Origin: Chiloscyllium plagiosum
Lineage: Eukaryota
DNA length: 64,000 nt
NCBI RefSeq assembly: GCF_004010195.1
Contig: NC_057719.1
Coordinates: 1,045,945 to 1,109,944, forward strand
Reading direction: 5' to 3'
The notes beneath the pieces are model-generated. The model worked only from the letters and a program-made list of their open reading frames with translations. It was not told where the DNA came from and ran no database searches. Numbering within the stretch: the first letter of the stretch is position 1; each line of letters begins with the position of its first letter. Made by a program: the position numbers and the translations under genes. This document shows, one piece after another, positions 62,191-64,000 of the stretch.

Positions 62191-64000
62191 AGTTCACTAC
62201 AGAGTGACCTTGTTTTATTAGAAACTTGTGCATCAAACTATTACCTTACAAGCCTGTAGTCACTAAACTAGAGAAATGCTCCTGTGTACTGAGTGAACCA
62301 GTAGCTGGGTGACAAGCTAGAGTCGGAAGCAGTGTGTCAGATGTATACGAGGGCACCAGCATCTGTGAACTACAGTGCGGGGGTTGGGCAGATTGCCATG
62401 AGAAATTGGTTATTCAATTCAACTTCTGTTAAAAATCATTCTTACAGATATACACATGACACCAGGTTTCACTGCTCATTCCTTGGTTTTATCAGACTGA
62501 GCAGCTTGCTCAGTCAGGTCAGTGGGCAGTTACTAGTCAGCCGCATTGCACAGGAGTCACATGTAGGTCAGACCAGTTCAGGGCTGCAGATTCCCTTCCT
62601 AAAGAATATCAGTGAATCAGGTGGGTTTTTAATAACAATTCAACAGTTTTCATAGAATCCCTACAGCAAGGAAAGAGACCATTTGGCCCATCAAGTCTGC
62701 ACCATCTCTCTGAAGAGCATTCCATCCAGACTCAGCCCCCCCCCCCCCCCCAAGCATCCCTGTAACCTCACATTTAGAGCTAAAGAGGCTTACAGCATGG
62801 AAACAGGCCCTTCAGCCCAACTTGCCCATGCTGCCCAGTTTTCACAATTAAACTAGTCCCATTGTCTAAAACAATCAGAGGTAAAACAAGCAAAGGGTTG
62901 CAATCCTGCAAATAAAAGCAACTGCACCCACGCCCCCAGCAACTCACGCATCAATTTCTATCAGTTGCTGCTGTGGTTACCTCTGGCTGTGTGGTGAGAT
63001 TCAATAAGCCCCATTTCGAAGGGGCTGAGAAACCACATTTTGAGTGCTTGCAGCTAGTACATATTGGTTCAGGGAGCTGTGCATGTAATTATACCACACA
63101 ATGTTAAACTCAACCCAGAATCTCTTCCTCCCCCCCCCAATGATGGCCAGACTAAAACCCACCTAAAACTTGACTGCTGTAAAGTTTGCTCTAGTTAAGG
63201 GAGGGGGTGGCAGCTTACTGGGGTCAGCCAGAATGCAGGTTTGAGATTACAATCATACTGAATCACAGGGCAACTAGAGCTGCTGAATGCCTGTGCTCCT
63301 CGGTAAGGCCACAACAATTGTTAAGTCTTTACCCTTCATCGCCTCAGGGCTCTCTGAACTCCAAGTTGACTTCCGACCCCATACACTGTTCTCCATTGCA
63401 GACACAAGCAGTTTTCACTTCTGCGACATGGTAGGACTCAGCTCCTGTCTCAGCTCAGCTGTTGCTGAAACCCTCATTCCTGTCTCCTTTAGCTCCATAT
63501 TACTCCAGCACTTCCCCAGCTGCTCTCCAATGCCCAACTCCAAACTCTCATCAAACATACCGCAGCAATCCTTGCATGGGGTGAAGCTAATAAATTTGTG
63601 GATGTGGTGCCAGTCAAGTGGTCTGCTTTGTCCTGAATGCTGTTCAGCTTCTTGAGTGTTGTTGGAGCTGCACCCATCCAGGGAAGTGGGAAATATATTT
63701 CATCCCACTCCTGGCTTGTGCCTTGTAGATGCTGGACAGGTTTTGGGGAGTCAGAATGTAAGTTACTCATTGCAGTATTTCTAGCTTCTGACCTGCTCCT
63801 GTGGCCACAGTATTTGTACGACGAGTTCAGCGCAGGTTCAGGTCCACGGTAACTCCCTGTCGAGATGCTTGAAATCATCCAGGACAAAGCAGCCACTTGA
63901 TTAGCACCACATCGACAAGCATCCACTCCCTCTATCACCGACACAGTGTGTACCATCTGCAAGATGCACTGCAGAAACTCACTGATGATCCTCAAACAGC

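Overview
Vertebrate (not prokaryotic) DNA. The repeats (HE1-type tRNA SINEs, CR1/HER1 LINEs, Penelope elements, Deu-domain SINEs) point to a shark/elasmobranch. Two convergent protein-coding genes are supported. (1) A single-coding-exon A-kinase anchoring protein on + (25939-28053), called AKAP5 from its motifs and its position next to ZBTB25. (2) ZBTB25 on - (coding exons 57708-57536 and 56232-55361). The main finding is that ZBTB25 is cut in the middle of its second C2H2 finger by a GTGAGT donor. That donor is phase-compatible with a strong acceptor at the start of an intact, GC-rich 2.5-kb hAT-transposase-derived exon (47965-45450) that has no start codon of its own. This predicts a ~1186-aa BTB + C2H2 + TTF-finger + hAT transposase host-transposase fusion protein. 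The rest is mostly transposon debris (CR1, RTE, Rex1, Penelope with minimal hammerhead ribozymes, a Gypsy gag, a solo LTR, an ERV env remnant), tandem arrays and four assembly gaps. All family assignments come from recalled motifs; no searches were run, and most repeat boundaries are approximate.
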